A model generated the notes under the pieces. The model saw nothing but the letters and a program-made list of their open reading frames with translations, was not told the origin of the DNA and made no database searches. This document shows positions 15,681 through 24,794 of a stretch of DNA of 32,000 nt, piece after piece. The stretch comes from Thermofilum pendens Hrk 5 (GTDB lineage Archaea; Thermoproteota; Thermoprotei; Thermofilales; Thermofilaceae), in contig NC_008698.1 of the NCBI RefSeq assembly GCF_000015225.1, forward strand, positions 1,590,001 through 1,622,000, given 5' to 3'. Made by a program: the position numbers and the translations under genes. Numbering within the stretch: the first letter of the stretch is position 1; each line of letters starts with the position of its first letter.

Positions 15681-16823
15681 GTGTCGGCTTTGGATCCAGA
15701 GAAGGTTGTTGAAGCCGCTTTGCGGGAGCCAACAGAGGAGTTGCTCACGCCGGACAGGCTGAAGAGCTTGGTCGAAAACGGAGTGCCACTGGTGCACTAT
15801 ATAGGCTTCGAGATCTCCGGGCTCGTCCACCTCGGTACCGGGCTTATCTCCATGCAGAAAGTGGCGGACCTCCAGAGCGTCGGCGTGAAGACTAAGGTGT
15901 TCCTGGCGGACTACCACAGCTGGATCAACAGGAAGCTTGGAGGGGACCTCGACGTGATAAGGAGGGTTGCCGGCGGCTACTTCAAGGAGGCCTTGAGGGT
16001 TTCGCTGAGGATAGTGGGGGGAGACCCCGACAAAACGGAGTTCATCCTCGGGTCGGAGCTCTACGAGAAGCTTGGACTAGACTACTTCACGAACGTGCTG
16101 AGGGTTTCCATGGAGACGACACTGTCGCGCGTCAGGAGGTCTGTAACCATCCTCGGGAGGTCGGAGTCGGAGGCGCTTAGCTTCGCACAGCTACTCTACG
16201 TGCCCATGCAGGTGGCGGACATCTTCAGCATGGGCGTCAACATACCGCACGGCGGCATGGATCAGAGGAAAGCCCACGTTATAGCGATCGAGGTCGGAGA
16301 AAAGCTGTTCGGGTACAAGCCCGTAGCCCTCCATCACCACCTCCTCCCGGGGCTCCAGCTCGACGCCAGCGACTGGAAGAAGCTCGTAGAGGCGAAGAAC
16401 TCCGGGGACAAGGAGCTCTTCCGCGAGACCCTCGTGAACATTAAGATGTCGAAGTCGAAGCCCGAGACCGCGCTATTCATACACGACTCCGAGGAGGAAA
16501 TCAGGAGCAAGATAGGCAGGGCATTCTGCCCCGCGGGCGAGGTCGAGATGAACCCCCTGCTCGAGATAGCTAGGTACATAGTCTTCAGGAACAGGAAGGA
16601 GCCCTTCGAGGTTGTAAACAAGAAGACAGGGGAGAGGAGGGCTTTCAACACGTACGGCGAGCTCGAGGAAGCCTTCCGGGAGAGGCTCGTGCACCCGGCG
16701 GACCTAAAGGAGGCTTTATCGCGCGAGCTGGCCGAGATACTGGCGCCCGCGAGGAAGCACTTCACCGAGGGGCCCGGCAGGAGCTTCCTGGAGGAGATAA
16801 AGGAGCTGAGGATAACGAGGTAG
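15681..16823 (+). CDS. tyrS: Tyrosine--tRNA ligase (archaeal type)
   Basis: The class I signatures are present: a HIGH-like motif in YIGFEISGLVHLGT and KMSKS in NIKMSKSKPE. The product also contains YVPMQVADI, GGMDQRKAHV, RAFCPAG and NPLLEIARY, which match the Methanocaldococcus jannaschii TyrRS pattern as I remember it. The start is ambiguous among GTG 15657, GTG 15681 and TTG 15690. The TATA-like AAAGATATTT at 15646-15655 favours 15681 or 15690. Confidence 0.9.
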   Translation: MSALDPEKVVEAALREPTEELLTPDRLKSLVENGVPLVHYIGFEISGLVHLGTGLISMQKVADLQSVGVKTKVFLADYHSWINRKLGGDLDVIRRVAGGYFKEALRVSLRIVGGDPDKTEFILGSELYEKLGLDYFTNVLRVSMETTLSRVRRSVTILGRSESEALSFAQLLYVPMQVADIFSMGVNIPHGGMDQRKAHVIAIEVGEKLFGYKPVALHHHLLPGLQLDASDWKKLVEAKNSGDKELFRETLVNIKMSKSKPETALFIHDSEEEIRSKIGRAFCPAGEVEMNPLLEIARYIVFRNRKEPFEVVNKKTGERRAFNTYGELEEAFRERLVHPADLKEALSRELAEILAPARKHFTEGPGRSFLEEIKELRITR

Positions 16824-16858
16824 GCCCGCCCGCGCCCGGGAGCCGGTATAAGTTAAGA

Positions 16859-16866
16859 TTTATATA
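16859..16866 (+). promoter_or_regulatory. TATA box (TTTATATA) of the inositol-phosphate synthase gene
   Basis: The box begins 27 nt upstream of the TTG start at 16886, which predicts a leaderless transcript. Confidence 0.55.
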
Positions 16867-16883
16867 GTTCATGGTCATGAACT
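16866..16883. promoter_or_regulatory. Perfect palindrome AGTTCATG-GT-CATGAACT between the TATA box and the start codon (candidate operator)
   Basis: I read this directly from the sequence. The 8-bp arms have a 2-bp spacer. The palindrome abuts the TATA box and covers the predicted transcription start. Confidence 0.5.
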
Positions 16884-16885
16884 AG

Positions 16886-18049
16886 TTGGCGGTAGACGTG
16901 GTTCGGGTAGCCCTGGTCGGGCAGGGTTACGTCGCAACGATCTTCGCGTGGGGGCTCTGCAAGCTGAAGAAAGGCGAGATCGAGCCCTGGGGAGTACCGC
17001 TCGCAGACGTGGACTTCGGCGTCCCGGTGGAGGACCTCGAAATTGCCGGGAGCGTAGACGTGGACGAAAGAAAGGTCGGCAAGAGCCTCCGCGAAGTGGC
17101 ACCTATGTACGGGCTTAGCCCGGAGCCAGAGCTCGGAGAGGTCGTCGTGGCGCCCGGGCTTAAGCTGCGGAGCACGCCCGGGTTCATAAGGACGAAGGCT
17201 CTGGACGACTCGAAGCCCCTGGCGGACGCTTACGGGGCGTTCGAGGAATGGCTAGACGACGTGAAACCGGACGTCGTCGTAGACGTTACGAGTACCGTTG
17301 CTTCCAGCCCCCTCTACTCGTGGCGGGAGGTCGAGGAGAAAGCATATAGGGGCGATCTACCCCACTCGCAGGTCTACGCTTTCCTGGTTCTAAGGCACGG
17401 GAGATCCTCCTACGTGAACCTCCAGCCCGCTTACGTAGCTTGTAGCCCAGCGTTCGTAGAGAAGGCGCGGGAGAACGGGTTGCTGGTTCTCGGCGACGAC
17501 GGCGCCACGGGGGCGACCCCCCTCACCGTTGACCTAGCCGAGCACCTGAAGGAGAGGAACAGAAGGGTTCTATCGATAGCACAGTTCAACATAGGGGGCA
17601 ACACGGACTTCCTGGCGTTGACGGAGCCCGAGAGGAACCTGGCAAAGGAGAACACTAAGTCGGGCTTCTTAAAGGACATACTCGGCTACGAGCCTCCCCA
17701 CTTCATAAGGCCTACCGGCTACCTCGAACCCCTCGGCGACAAGAAGTTCGTCTCGATGCACGTTCAGTGGGTCTCCTTCGGGGGCTTCACGGACGAGCTC
17801 GTAGTGAACATGCGGATAAACGATAGCCCGGCGCTAGCCGGGTACATCGTGGACCTCGCGAGGCTCGCCTACGCCCTCGCGAAGGCCGGTCTCCGCGGAA
17901 CAGTACCGGAGGTTAACAGGTTCTACATGAAGAGGCCGGGACCCCTGGACGCCAGGCACACCTCGAAGATCCAGGCTTACCGCGAGATGCTCGGGCTCCT
18001 CGAGGAGAAGCTCGGGGCGCGCCTCCGCGCGAAGCCTCTCAGCGCTTGA
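16886..18049 (+). CDS. ino1: myo-Inositol-1-phosphate (inositol-3-phosphate) synthase, archaeal type
   Basis: The 387-aa product has an N-terminal Rossmann motif VALVGQGYVA, followed by GDDGATGATPL, NIGGNTDF and a conserved ENTKSGFL region typical of short prokaryotic MIPS. Confidence 0.9.
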   Translation: MAVDVVRVALVGQGYVATIFAWGLCKLKKGEIEPWGVPLADVDFGVPVEDLEIAGSVDVDERKVGKSLREVAPMYGLSPEPELGEVVVAPGLKLRSTPGFIRTKALDDSKPLADAYGAFEEWLDDVKPDVVVDVTSTVASSPLYSWREVEEKAYRGDLPHSQVYAFLVLRHGRSSYVNLQPAYVACSPAFVEKARENGLLVLGDDGATGATPLTVDLAEHLKERNRRVLSIAQFNIGGNTDFLALTEPERNLAKENTKSGFLKDILGYEPPHFIRPTGYLEPLGDKKFVSMHVQWVSFGGFTDELVVNMRINDSPALAGYIVDLARLAYALAKAGLRGTVPEVNRFYMKRPGPLDARHTSKIQAYREMLGLLEEKLGARLRAKPLSA

Positions 18050-19646
18050 GCAGGCTCCTCACCTCTTCTCCCAGTAGCCGCCTTTTCTCCTCGCTCACGC
18101 CCTTCGGGAGGTTATGCGAGAGTATCTTCTCGACCTTTTCCTCCAGCTTCCCGGGGTCGGAGCCCAGCTTCAGCGTCGCGATCCTCCTCCCGCCTAGCTC
18201 CAGCGTGACGTACCGGTTAAACCCTCGCTCAACAAGCCTCGCGACGAGCTCCCCGCCGTCCACCGGGATCCTCCTCTCCTCCAGGAGGCCCTCCCGGAGC
18301 CTCGCCTGGGCTGCGGGCGGCGCGGTCAACACGTAGGCCTCCCCGACGACTTTAACCGCGAGGAGCATGGCCTGGACCCTGAGCCACATACCGCTGAGCC
18401 TCCCGCCGAGCCTCACCTTCACGTCGAGGTCCCCGCTAGCTTTCTCCGCTATCCTCTCCCTGAGCCTCCTGACCCCCAAGGCGAGGGCCTCGTACGCCCG
18501 GACGCGGTCGAAGACTATTACCTCGTGCTTGTCCTCAAGCCTCAGCTCGAACTCCCCCTTGGGAGCCAGGTTCATGTAGGTAAACCTCCAGCCGGAGCAC
18601 CCCCACTCCAGCAGGCTGGAGACGGGGTTCTCGATGTTTACGCTCCTAGCCGTCAGGGACTCGGGGCTCGCCCCCTCCGCCTTCGCCTGGTCTACGGCTG
18701 CCGCCGCGACTAGCCTCGAGGAAGCCGGGAAAGCCTTCCTGAGCTTCTTTTCGAGGTAGAGGTACGCCTGGAGCCACTCCGGCTCGAGGCCGGCGAGGTA
18801 TTCCTCCAGCTCTCCGGGAGACACCACGTACCCGTACCACCACGTGCTAGACTCGAGAACTACCCTTGCGAGGTCGCTGGGGCTCATCCTGAGGACGCGG
18901 TTAGCCACACCCTCGTCTACGCCGTAGACGTTTACAGCTATCCTCCAGACGAGCCCGTCCGACGGCAAAGCCTTCTCGTCGCCGAGGCTCCTCGCTAGGT
19001 CCAGCTTAGCCGCCTCCTTCTCGGACCTCCTGGAAAACTTGTTGGAGCCCACGAAGTCCGCGAGCCTGTACGCTACCACCAGGATCCTGTAGTCCCGCGC
19101 TACGTTGCCGTAAGCCTCTAGACCTCCCAGCACCTTCAAGAGCTCCTCGAAGCCCACGTAGCCGAGCAGGCTCGCCGCCAAGACGTAGTTGAGGAAACTC
19201 CTAACGTCGGACTCCTTTAGGCGCCCGAACACCCTGAAAACCGACTCCTCGACGCCGGCGCCGCTCCTCACGAGCCCCAGCGCCGCGTCGCAGAGAGCCT
19301 CCACCTCGAATATTTCCCGCAATCCTTCGAGCTCCTCGTCGAGCCCAAGCCCGTACTTGCCCACGGCGTACACCAGCGACATCTCCCTGTAGAAGCTCCG
19401 AGGAGTGGAAAGCCCCCTCAGCGGCTCCAGGCCCGCCTCTAGGTATGCTCTGCGCAGCAAGCCGATGGCTTCGTCCCTCGTAGCGGCCTCGCCCGCCAGC
19501 AACCTGCTCAGGACGTCGGTGACTACCTGGAGCCTTCTCTTCTGGAGGTACGCCAAGCACCTCCCCCAGTGCTCCGTGACTCCTGCCGATGCAAAGCCTA
19601 AAGGCTTAGTTAAACTATTTGTCGGGCGAACCTCGGCCTCCACCAC
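18039..19646 (-). CDS. Hypothetical protein (535 aa, soluble, helical, no motif recognised)
   Basis: This is a long ORF with native composition. The start is GTG, with the TATA-like GTTAAAAG about 22 nt upstream. Its 3' end overlaps the ino1 3' end by 11 nt. It has no Walker, nuclease or metal motifs that I can identify. Confidence 0.65.
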   Translation of the reverse strand: MVEAEVRPTNSLTKPLGFASAGVTEHWGRCLAYLQKRRLQVVTDVLSRLLAGEAATRDEAIGLLRRAYLEAGLEPLRGLSTPRSFYREMSLVYAVGKYGLGLDEELEGLREIFEVEALCDAALGLVRSGAGVEESVFRVFGRLKESDVRSFLNYVLAASLLGYVGFEELLKVLGGLEAYGNVARDYRILVVAYRLADFVGSNKFSRRSEKEAAKLDLARSLGDEKALPSDGLVWRIAVNVYGVDEGVANRVLRMSPSDLARVVLESSTWWYGYVVSPGELEEYLAGLEPEWLQAYLYLEKKLRKAFPASSRLVAAAAVDQAKAEGASPESLTARSVNIENPVSSLLEWGCSGWRFTYMNLAPKGEFELRLEDKHEVIVFDRVRAYEALALGVRRLRERIAEKASGDLDVKVRLGGRLSGMWLRVQAMLLAVKVVGEAYVLTAPPAAQARLREGLLEERRIPVDGGELVARLVERGFNRYVTLELGGRRIATLKLGSDPGKLEEKVEKILSHNLPKGVSEEKRRLLGEEVRSLLKR

Positions 19647-19755
19647 CCCTAGCTACGTCGGGCTTTTAACGTGAAAAATCGGGAAAACTCCAATAAGCTT
19701 CTCCACGGGTACAAGGTTTATCTATTGGCTACGCCGAACATGCTATAGATTTGAA

Positions 19756-20436
19756 ATGCTCGTCGAGGTCTGGCGTATACACCAGCCGGACTGCCCCGTT
19801 GTGAGCGTTTCTGAAAGGTTCCCCGAAGAGAGGCTTGACGCCCTCTCCTCCCGGCTTGTCCGCGGTAAGGTGTACGGGTACCTCTACGTCGGGAACTCGC
19901 CGTCGCTTAGAAGCATTTTAGACTCCCTGAGGGGAGACGAGAGAGTGGAGGAAGTAAGGGTAGTCTCGAAGAGGGGGTCGAGGGCTCTGCTCTCGATACG
20001 CATGCACTCGACGATGGCTATGGATGCTCTCACGTCGGAGGAGGACGTCTTCTGGCATAGCCCCCTCTTTGCGAGCAACGGGTACGAGTACTGGGTGGTC
20101 GTGGTTATGCGTGGCGTAACGAAGCGCCTCAGGGAGTACCTGGAGGAGAAAGGGCACGAAGTCTCCATAGTTAGGAGTATGCGTCTAAACGCATCGACAT
20201 TCTCCGCGGCGAAGCTCGTTCTAGATGCTGTAGGTATACGCGAGTACCTTGAGAAGAGATTAAGCAACGGTTGCACGTACAAGGATTTAAGGCTCTTCGC
20301 TGGAGGCACCCTGGGAGAAGTCGCCGCGCTGACGGGACAGGCTAGGAGCTACCTTTCCGTGAGGAGGAGAAGGGCTCTGGCTACATGCGCAGAGCTCGTA
20401 GCCTTCCTTGAAGGTATATTTAAGGATTTCGGTTAA
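19756..20436 (+). CDS. Putative transcriptional regulator, Bat/HTH_10-like (tentative)
   Basis: The N-terminal pattern RIHQPDCPVVSVSERFPE ... VEEVRVVSKRGSRALLSIRM ... NGYEYWVVVV ... LREYLEEKGHEVSIV resembles the sensor part of haloarchaeal Bat-type regulators. The C-terminal TLGEVAALTGQARSYLSVRRRRAL looks like an HTH. This is recognised by eye only. Confidence 0.4.
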   Translation: MLVEVWRIHQPDCPVVSVSERFPEERLDALSSRLVRGKVYGYLYVGNSPSLRSILDSLRGDERVEEVRVVSKRGSRALLSIRMHSTMAMDALTSEEDVFWHSPLFASNGYEYWVVVVMRGVTKRLREYLEEKGHEVSIVRSMRLNASTFSAAKLVLDAVGIREYLEKRLSNGCTYKDLRLFAGGTLGEVAALTGQARSYLSVRRRRALATCAELVAFLEGIFKDFG

Positions 20437-20466
20437 AGGCTTTAGCAGAAAGCTAATCACACAGAT

Positions 20467-21129
20467 ATGCGAAAAGTGTACCGGCTGAGCCCCATGAGAA
20501 TAGTTGATCTGACGATGGAGCTTAAAACAGGGGCGCCCGTATTCCCGGGCTACCCCGTCCCCATCGTCCACACGTGGACTACGATAAAGGAGCACGGGTA
20601 CTACAGCAACCTGTTAATGCTCGTAGAGCACACGGGGACCCACGTAGACTCGCCGGCGCACTTCATCGAGGGAGCACCCACCATAGACAAGGTCCCGCTG
20701 GAGAGGTTCATGGGTAGAGGGATCGTCGTAGACGCGAGCCACCTCCCGCCCAAGGCGCCGATAACCCGCGAGTTCCTAGAGAAGGCTCTAGAGGGGAAAG
20801 GTGTAGGTAACGGGTGGGTCGTCCTGATAAGAACCGGGTACGACGCCAAGGCGGGGACTCCCGACTGGTTCAACCACCCGGGTCTCGACGAGGGCGGGGC
20901 GAGGTACCTGGCAGACCTGGGCGTGAACGCTGTCGGCATAGATGCTCCCAGCATAGACCAGGCCCCGTTCCCCGGGCACAAGATCCTGCTACCGAAGGGC
21001 ATAGTGATATTCGAGAACCTCACAAACCTCGGAGAGCTCTTAGGGAAGACGTTCCAGTTCTACGGCCCGCCCCTGAGGATAACGAACGGGTCCGCGAGCC
21101 CCGTCAGGGCTTTCGCCGTGCTGGAGTAG
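20467..21129 (+). CDS. Cyclase-family protein (kynurenine/aryl-formamidase-like)
   Basis: The HxGTHxDxPxH motif is present in EHTGTHVDSPAHF, and the family-typical N-terminus is MRIVDLTMEL...PVFPGYP. ATG 20494 is an alternative start. Confidence 0.8.
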   Translation: MRKVYRLSPMRIVDLTMELKTGAPVFPGYPVPIVHTWTTIKEHGYYSNLLMLVEHTGTHVDSPAHFIEGAPTIDKVPLERFMGRGIVVDASHLPPKAPITREFLEKALEGKGVGNGWVVLIRTGYDAKAGTPDWFNHPGLDEGGARYLADLGVNAVGIDAPSIDQAPFPGHKILLPKGIVIFENLTNLGELLGKTFQFYGPPLRITNGSASPVRAFAVLE

Positions 21130-21140
21130 GGGGATACCCC

Positions 21141-22352
21141 TTGCCTAAACCTACGCTGGTTTTTTCTCCCCTCGCGGAGCAACTAGAGCCTGAGGGCGCC
21201 TTCGTATACCTCGACTTGGCAGCCGAGGCTAGGCGTAAAGGTATAGACGTTATCAGCTTCGGGATAGGGCAACCCGACTTCCAGCCCCCTAGAGAAGCAC
21301 TCGAAGCAATCAAGGAGGCGCTGGACAGGGGCTACACGAGGTACATCTCGCCGCTAGGCATACCGGAGCTCCGCGAGGAGATAGCGCGCTACGTCGGCGA
21401 AAAGTACGGAGTGGACGTTAAGCCCAGCGAAGTCGCGGTAACCGTGGGGGCTAAGGCAGCGCTCTTCATGACGATCTCCCTCCTGACGAGGCCTGGAGAC
21501 GAGGTCGTCGTGCAGGACCCTGCGTTTCCGACGTACGAGTGTGTTATTAGGTACGCGGGCGGCAGGCCTGTCTTCGTGAGGCTCGCGGAGGAGAGAGGGT
21601 TCAGGCTCTCGGCGGAGGACGTCGAGAGGACTGTAGAGGGCCTCCACAGGGTGAGGGGTATCGTCGTGAACTCTCCGCATAACCCGACGGGCTCGGCGCT
21701 CGAGGAGAAAGACGTGGAGGCTCTACTGGAGCTGGCTAGGAGGAAGGGCATGTTCGTGATTAGCGACGAGATATACGAGGACTACGTGTACGAGGGGAAG
21801 CACGCGAGCTTCCTCCAGGCACCGGACTGGCGCGACTACGTCGTGTACGTGAGCGGTTTCTCGAAGACCTGGGCTATGACCGGGCTGAGGCTCGGCTACG
21901 TCGTCGCCAGAGAAGAAGTCATACGGGCCCTCGAAGTCTTTGCGACGAACATGTACAGCTGTCCGCCCGCTCCTCTCCAGTACGGGGCGCTCAAGGCGCT
22001 CCAGCTGGGTACGGGCTGGTTCAAGCCGCTACTAGAGGAGTACCGTAGGAGGAGGGACGCCGCTTTCGAAGAGCTCAGCAAGATACCCGGCGTTAGCACC
22101 GTGAAGTCCAGGGGTGCATTCTACCTCTTCCCGAACTTCAAGGAGGTTCTCCGAGCGACGGGCTTGAGGAGTGTGGACGAGCTTGCGAAGAGGTTACTGT
22201 TCGAGGCGGGTGTAGTTCTCTTACCTGGGACTGCCTTCCCCTTGAGGGGCGGTGATGGGTACATGCGTGTCTCGTACGTTTTACCGGTGGAGAAGATTCG
22301 TGAGGGGTTCGGTAGGGTTCGCGAATGGGTCGAGAAGAATGCGGGTGGGTAG
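21141..22352 (+). CDS. Class I/II PLP-dependent aminotransferase (aspartate aminotransferase-like)
   Basis: The PLP lysine motif is present in SGFSKTWAMTGLRLGY, along with NSPHNPTG and the fold-type I layout. The track ORF (20814) carries an Arg/Pro/Gly-rich extension across the cyclase gene. I start the gene at in-frame TTG 21141, 11 nt after the cyclase stop and preceded by GGAGTAGGGGGA. Confidence 0.85.
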   Translation: MPKPTLVFSPLAEQLEPEGAFVYLDLAAEARRKGIDVISFGIGQPDFQPPREALEAIKEALDRGYTRYISPLGIPELREEIARYVGEKYGVDVKPSEVAVTVGAKAALFMTISLLTRPGDEVVVQDPAFPTYECVIRYAGGRPVFVRLAEERGFRLSAEDVERTVEGLHRVRGIVVNSPHNPTGSALEEKDVEALLELARRKGMFVISDEIYEDYVYEGKHASFLQAPDWRDYVVYVSGFSKTWAMTGLRLGYVVAREEVIRALEVFATNMYSCPPAPLQYGALKALQLGTGWFKPLLEEYRRRRDAAFEELSKIPGVSTVKSRGAFYLFPNFKEVLRATGLRSVDELAKRLLFEAGVVLLPGTAFPLRGGDGYMRVSYVLPVEKIREGFGRVREWVEKNAGG

Positions 22353-22354
22353 AC

Positions 22355-22876
22355 ATGTCGGTTAGGTATAAGGTTCCAATAGAGCTTACAGTTGCCTACT
22401 TAGCTGCTCTCAGCCTGCTTGTGACTCTCCCACCGCTCGGGCTACCCGTCTGGGCAACGTTCGTTACATGGGCAGGTTACTTCGCGCTAGGCGCAGACAA
22501 GAAAGCGTTCAAGGAGATATACAAGGCCACGCCGCTGGGAGGGGTCTTCGGCTGGCTAGCTGTTGTCGGCTTCGACTACGCTGTGAAGGCTATGCCTGGA
22601 GTCCACTACATCATCCCGGTAATGCTCGTCGAATTCCTCGACGTACTCGTACTGATGTACATAATATCGGTGTTCAAGTTCACGGGTGCGGCCGTGTTCT
22701 TTGCATTCCCCAGCTACTTCGGAACGTACTACGGGGGGTTCTACCCGAAGACAGGGCAACTCCTCTTAGACGCCACGCTTGCACTGGTATGGCAGGTTGC
22801 CGCTAACCTGCTGGGCCCCATCTTCGGCTACCTCAGCATCCGGCTATCGCTACCTGAGAAGGTGCAGGAGAAGTGA
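22355..22876 (+). CDS. DUF1097 (YcdZ-like) integral membrane protein
   Basis: The product has four or five TM helices. The patterns VTWAGYFALGAD, FAFPSYFGTYYGG and GPIFGYLS parallel E. coli YcdZ as I remember it. ATG 22355 lies 2 nt after the aminotransferase stop. Confidence 0.6.
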   Translation: MSVRYKVPIELTVAYLAALSLLVTLPPLGLPVWATFVTWAGYFALGADKKAFKEIYKATPLGGVFGWLAVVGFDYAVKAMPGVHYIIPVMLVEFLDVLVLMYIISVFKFTGAAVFFAFPSYFGTYYGGFYPKTGQLLLDATLALVWQVAANLLGPIFGYLSIRLSLPEKVQEK

Positions 22877-23778
22877 GCGCCAGGTTCTACGGAGTGATAT
22901 CCCCATTCATCACGCCGTTCAGGGAGGACCTCTCGCTGGACAGGGAGGCGGTCGCCTGGCTCGCCAGGTACCAGGCCGAGAAGGGGGTTCACGGGATCTT
23001 CCCGAACAGCACTACCGGGGAGTTCGTGCACCTATCGAGGGAGGAGGCCGTCGAGGTAACGAGGCTGGTCCTGGAGGCTGTCGGCGGCAAGGTCTGGGTT
23101 ATCCCGGGTATCAGCGCTAACTACACTGAGGACTCCGTCGCTCTCGGGAGAACCTTCAAGGACTTGGGGGTCGACGGCGCCGTGGTTACTCCTCCCTACT
23201 TCTTCAAGGTGTCCCCGGAGAGGCTGAAGGTCCACTTCTCGACTATCCTCGAAAAGGTAGACCTCCCGATAATAGTGTACAACATACCGGCGACTACGGG
23301 GATCAACATACCGGTGGGGCTCTACCTGGAGCTCGCGAAGGAGCACAGCAACCTGGCGGGCGCCAAGGCTACCGTCGAGAGCTTCACCTACTTCCGCCAG
23401 CTGGTACAGGTAGTGAAGGCTGAGAGGAAGGACTTCGCCGTGCTGACAGGGCTCGACGACCTCCTGCTACCGGTGCTGATGATGGGAGGCGACGGCGGGA
23501 TAATGGCGCTCGCAAACGCCGCCCCGCAGATACACCGCGAGGTCTACGACGCGTACAGATCCGGGGACCTGAAAAGGGCGTTGGAGGCTTGGCACAAGCT
23601 CTTGAGGCTCGTACGCGTCTACGACTACGCCACCTCCTTCCCGACCTCCGTGAAGACTTTGCTGAAAGTCATGGGTGCCCCGGTAAAGCCGTACGCTAGG
23701 ACGCCTCTCACCCCGGAGACGCGGGAAGTGGAGGAAAAGATAGCGCAGATAGCTAGGGAGCTGGGCCTCAAAATATAA
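22873..23778 (+). CDS. DapA-family (DHDPS/NAL/KDG-aldolase-like) class I pyruvate-dependent lyase
   Basis: The product contains NSTTGEF (the GTTGE motif), VYNIP, and the Schiff-base lysine in LAGAKATVES. The GTG start overlaps the upstream stop (GTGA). Confidence 0.85.
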   Translation: MSARFYGVISPFITPFREDLSLDREAVAWLARYQAEKGVHGIFPNSTTGEFVHLSREEAVEVTRLVLEAVGGKVWVIPGISANYTEDSVALGRTFKDLGVDGAVVTPPYFFKVSPERLKVHFSTILEKVDLPIIVYNIPATTGINIPVGLYLELAKEHSNLAGAKATVESFTYFRQLVQVVKAERKDFAVLTGLDDLLLPVLMMGGDGGIMALANAAPQIHREVYDAYRSGDLKRALEAWHKLLRLVRVYDYATSFPTSVKTLLKVMGAPVKPYARTPLTPETREVEEKIAQIARELGLKI

Positions 23779-23781
23779 GCC

Positions 23782-23788
23782 TTTTTTT
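23782..23788 (+). terminator. T7 tract immediately after the dapA-family stop codon
   Basis: The sequence reads TAAGCCTTTTTTTAC. Oligo-T tracts act as archaeal termination signals. The tract overlaps the stop codon of the convergent gene. Confidence 0.45.
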
Positions 23789-24794
23789 ACCTCTCCCCGA
23801 GTATTCTCCAGAGCTCGTCGACTACGGGCTCGTTTAGGTCTACGATTTCGCCGCCCCTCTTTACGAGGATCCTCTCGCTACCCTCGGTAAGCCTCCCTAT
23901 GACCGCCGCGGGTATGCCTTCCCTGGAGAGAGCATCCACGACGTCCCTGGCCCTGGAGCCCTCGACGGCTATCAGCAGGGATCCAGAGCTTATCAGCCTC
24001 AGTGGGTCTACCCCCAGCGCGCGGCACACAGCCTTCGTCTCCTCCCTTACGGGTATCTTTTCCTCCTCGACGACGAGGCCGGCGTTAGCCGCGATAGCCA
24101 TCTCCTGGAGGCCGCCGAGGACGCCGCCCTCCGTGGGGTCGTGCATCGCGTGGACACCCCCAGCCCTCACCGCAGTTAAGGCGTCCTTGACCACGCTTAC
24201 CTCGTAGATGAAGGACTTAGCCCTCTCCAGCACTTCCCTATCTACCTTCCTGGAGAGCTCGTCGTAGAGCTCCGTCGCGAGTATCGCGGTACCCTCTATC
24301 CCCGCCCCCTTGGTCAGTATCAAGGCGTCGCCCGGCCTTGCACGCGAAGTCGCGAGAACCTCGCCCTTCCCGCCCACCCCCATAGCCGTGGTGACCAGTA
24401 TCGGCCTGTCCAGCCCCGGCGTAAACTCGGTGTGCCCTCCCACTATCGTCGCCCCTATCTCGTCGGCAGCCTTCCTCAGCTGGCCGGCTATGTCCCATAG
24501 GACATCCTGCCCGGCGCCCTCCGGTAGCAGAACCACCGTGACAAGCCACCTGGGCTGGACCCCCCGTGTAGCTACGTCGTTCGCAGACACGTGGACCGAG
24601 AGCCACCCTATGTTGCTCACAGCCCCGGTGATCGGGTCCGCGTGCACGACGAGAACCTTGTCCCCGAGGTCTATCAGAGCAGCATCCTCGCCTATAGCCG
24701 GCCCCAGGAGCACGCTGGCGTCCTGCCTCCTAAGCCTCGAGAGGAGCTCCTCGAGCTCCCCGTATGTCAGCTTCCCGAGCCTACGAAACGGCAT
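23787..24794 (-). CDS. AIR-synthase-related (PurM superfamily) protein, HypE-like but lacking the C-terminal Cys motif
   Basis: The product contains IGEDAALIDL, HADPITGAVSNIGWLSVHVSANDVATRGVQPRWL, ATIVGGHTEF and HDPTEGG, which track the HypE/PurM-fold pattern. The C-terminus (...DELWRILGER) has no PRIC-type cysteine. Confidence 0.7.
   Translation of the reverse strand: MPFRRLGKLTYGELEELLSRLRRQDASVLLGPAIGEDAALIDLGDKVLVVHADPITGAVSNIGWLSVHVSANDVATRGVQPRWLVTVVLLPEGAGQDVLWDIAGQLRKAADEIGATIVGGHTEFTPGLDRPILVTTAMGVGGKGEVLATSRARPGDALILTKGAGIEGTAILATELYDELSRKVDREVLERAKSFIYEVSVVKDALTAVRAGGVHAMHDPTEGGVLGGLQEMAIAANAGLVVEEEKIPVREETKAVCRALGVDPLRLISSGSLLIAVEGSRARDVVDALSREGIPAAVIGRLTEGSERILVKRGGEIVDLNEPVVDELWRILGER

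Noticed and set aside
20814-21140. A 109-codon N-terminal extension of the aminotransferase ORF running through the cyclase gene
   Set aside because: The extension is RRG/P-rich and overlaps a well-supported gene in another frame. The in-frame TTG at 21141, with a GGAG-like sequence upstream, gives a normal-length aminotransferase.
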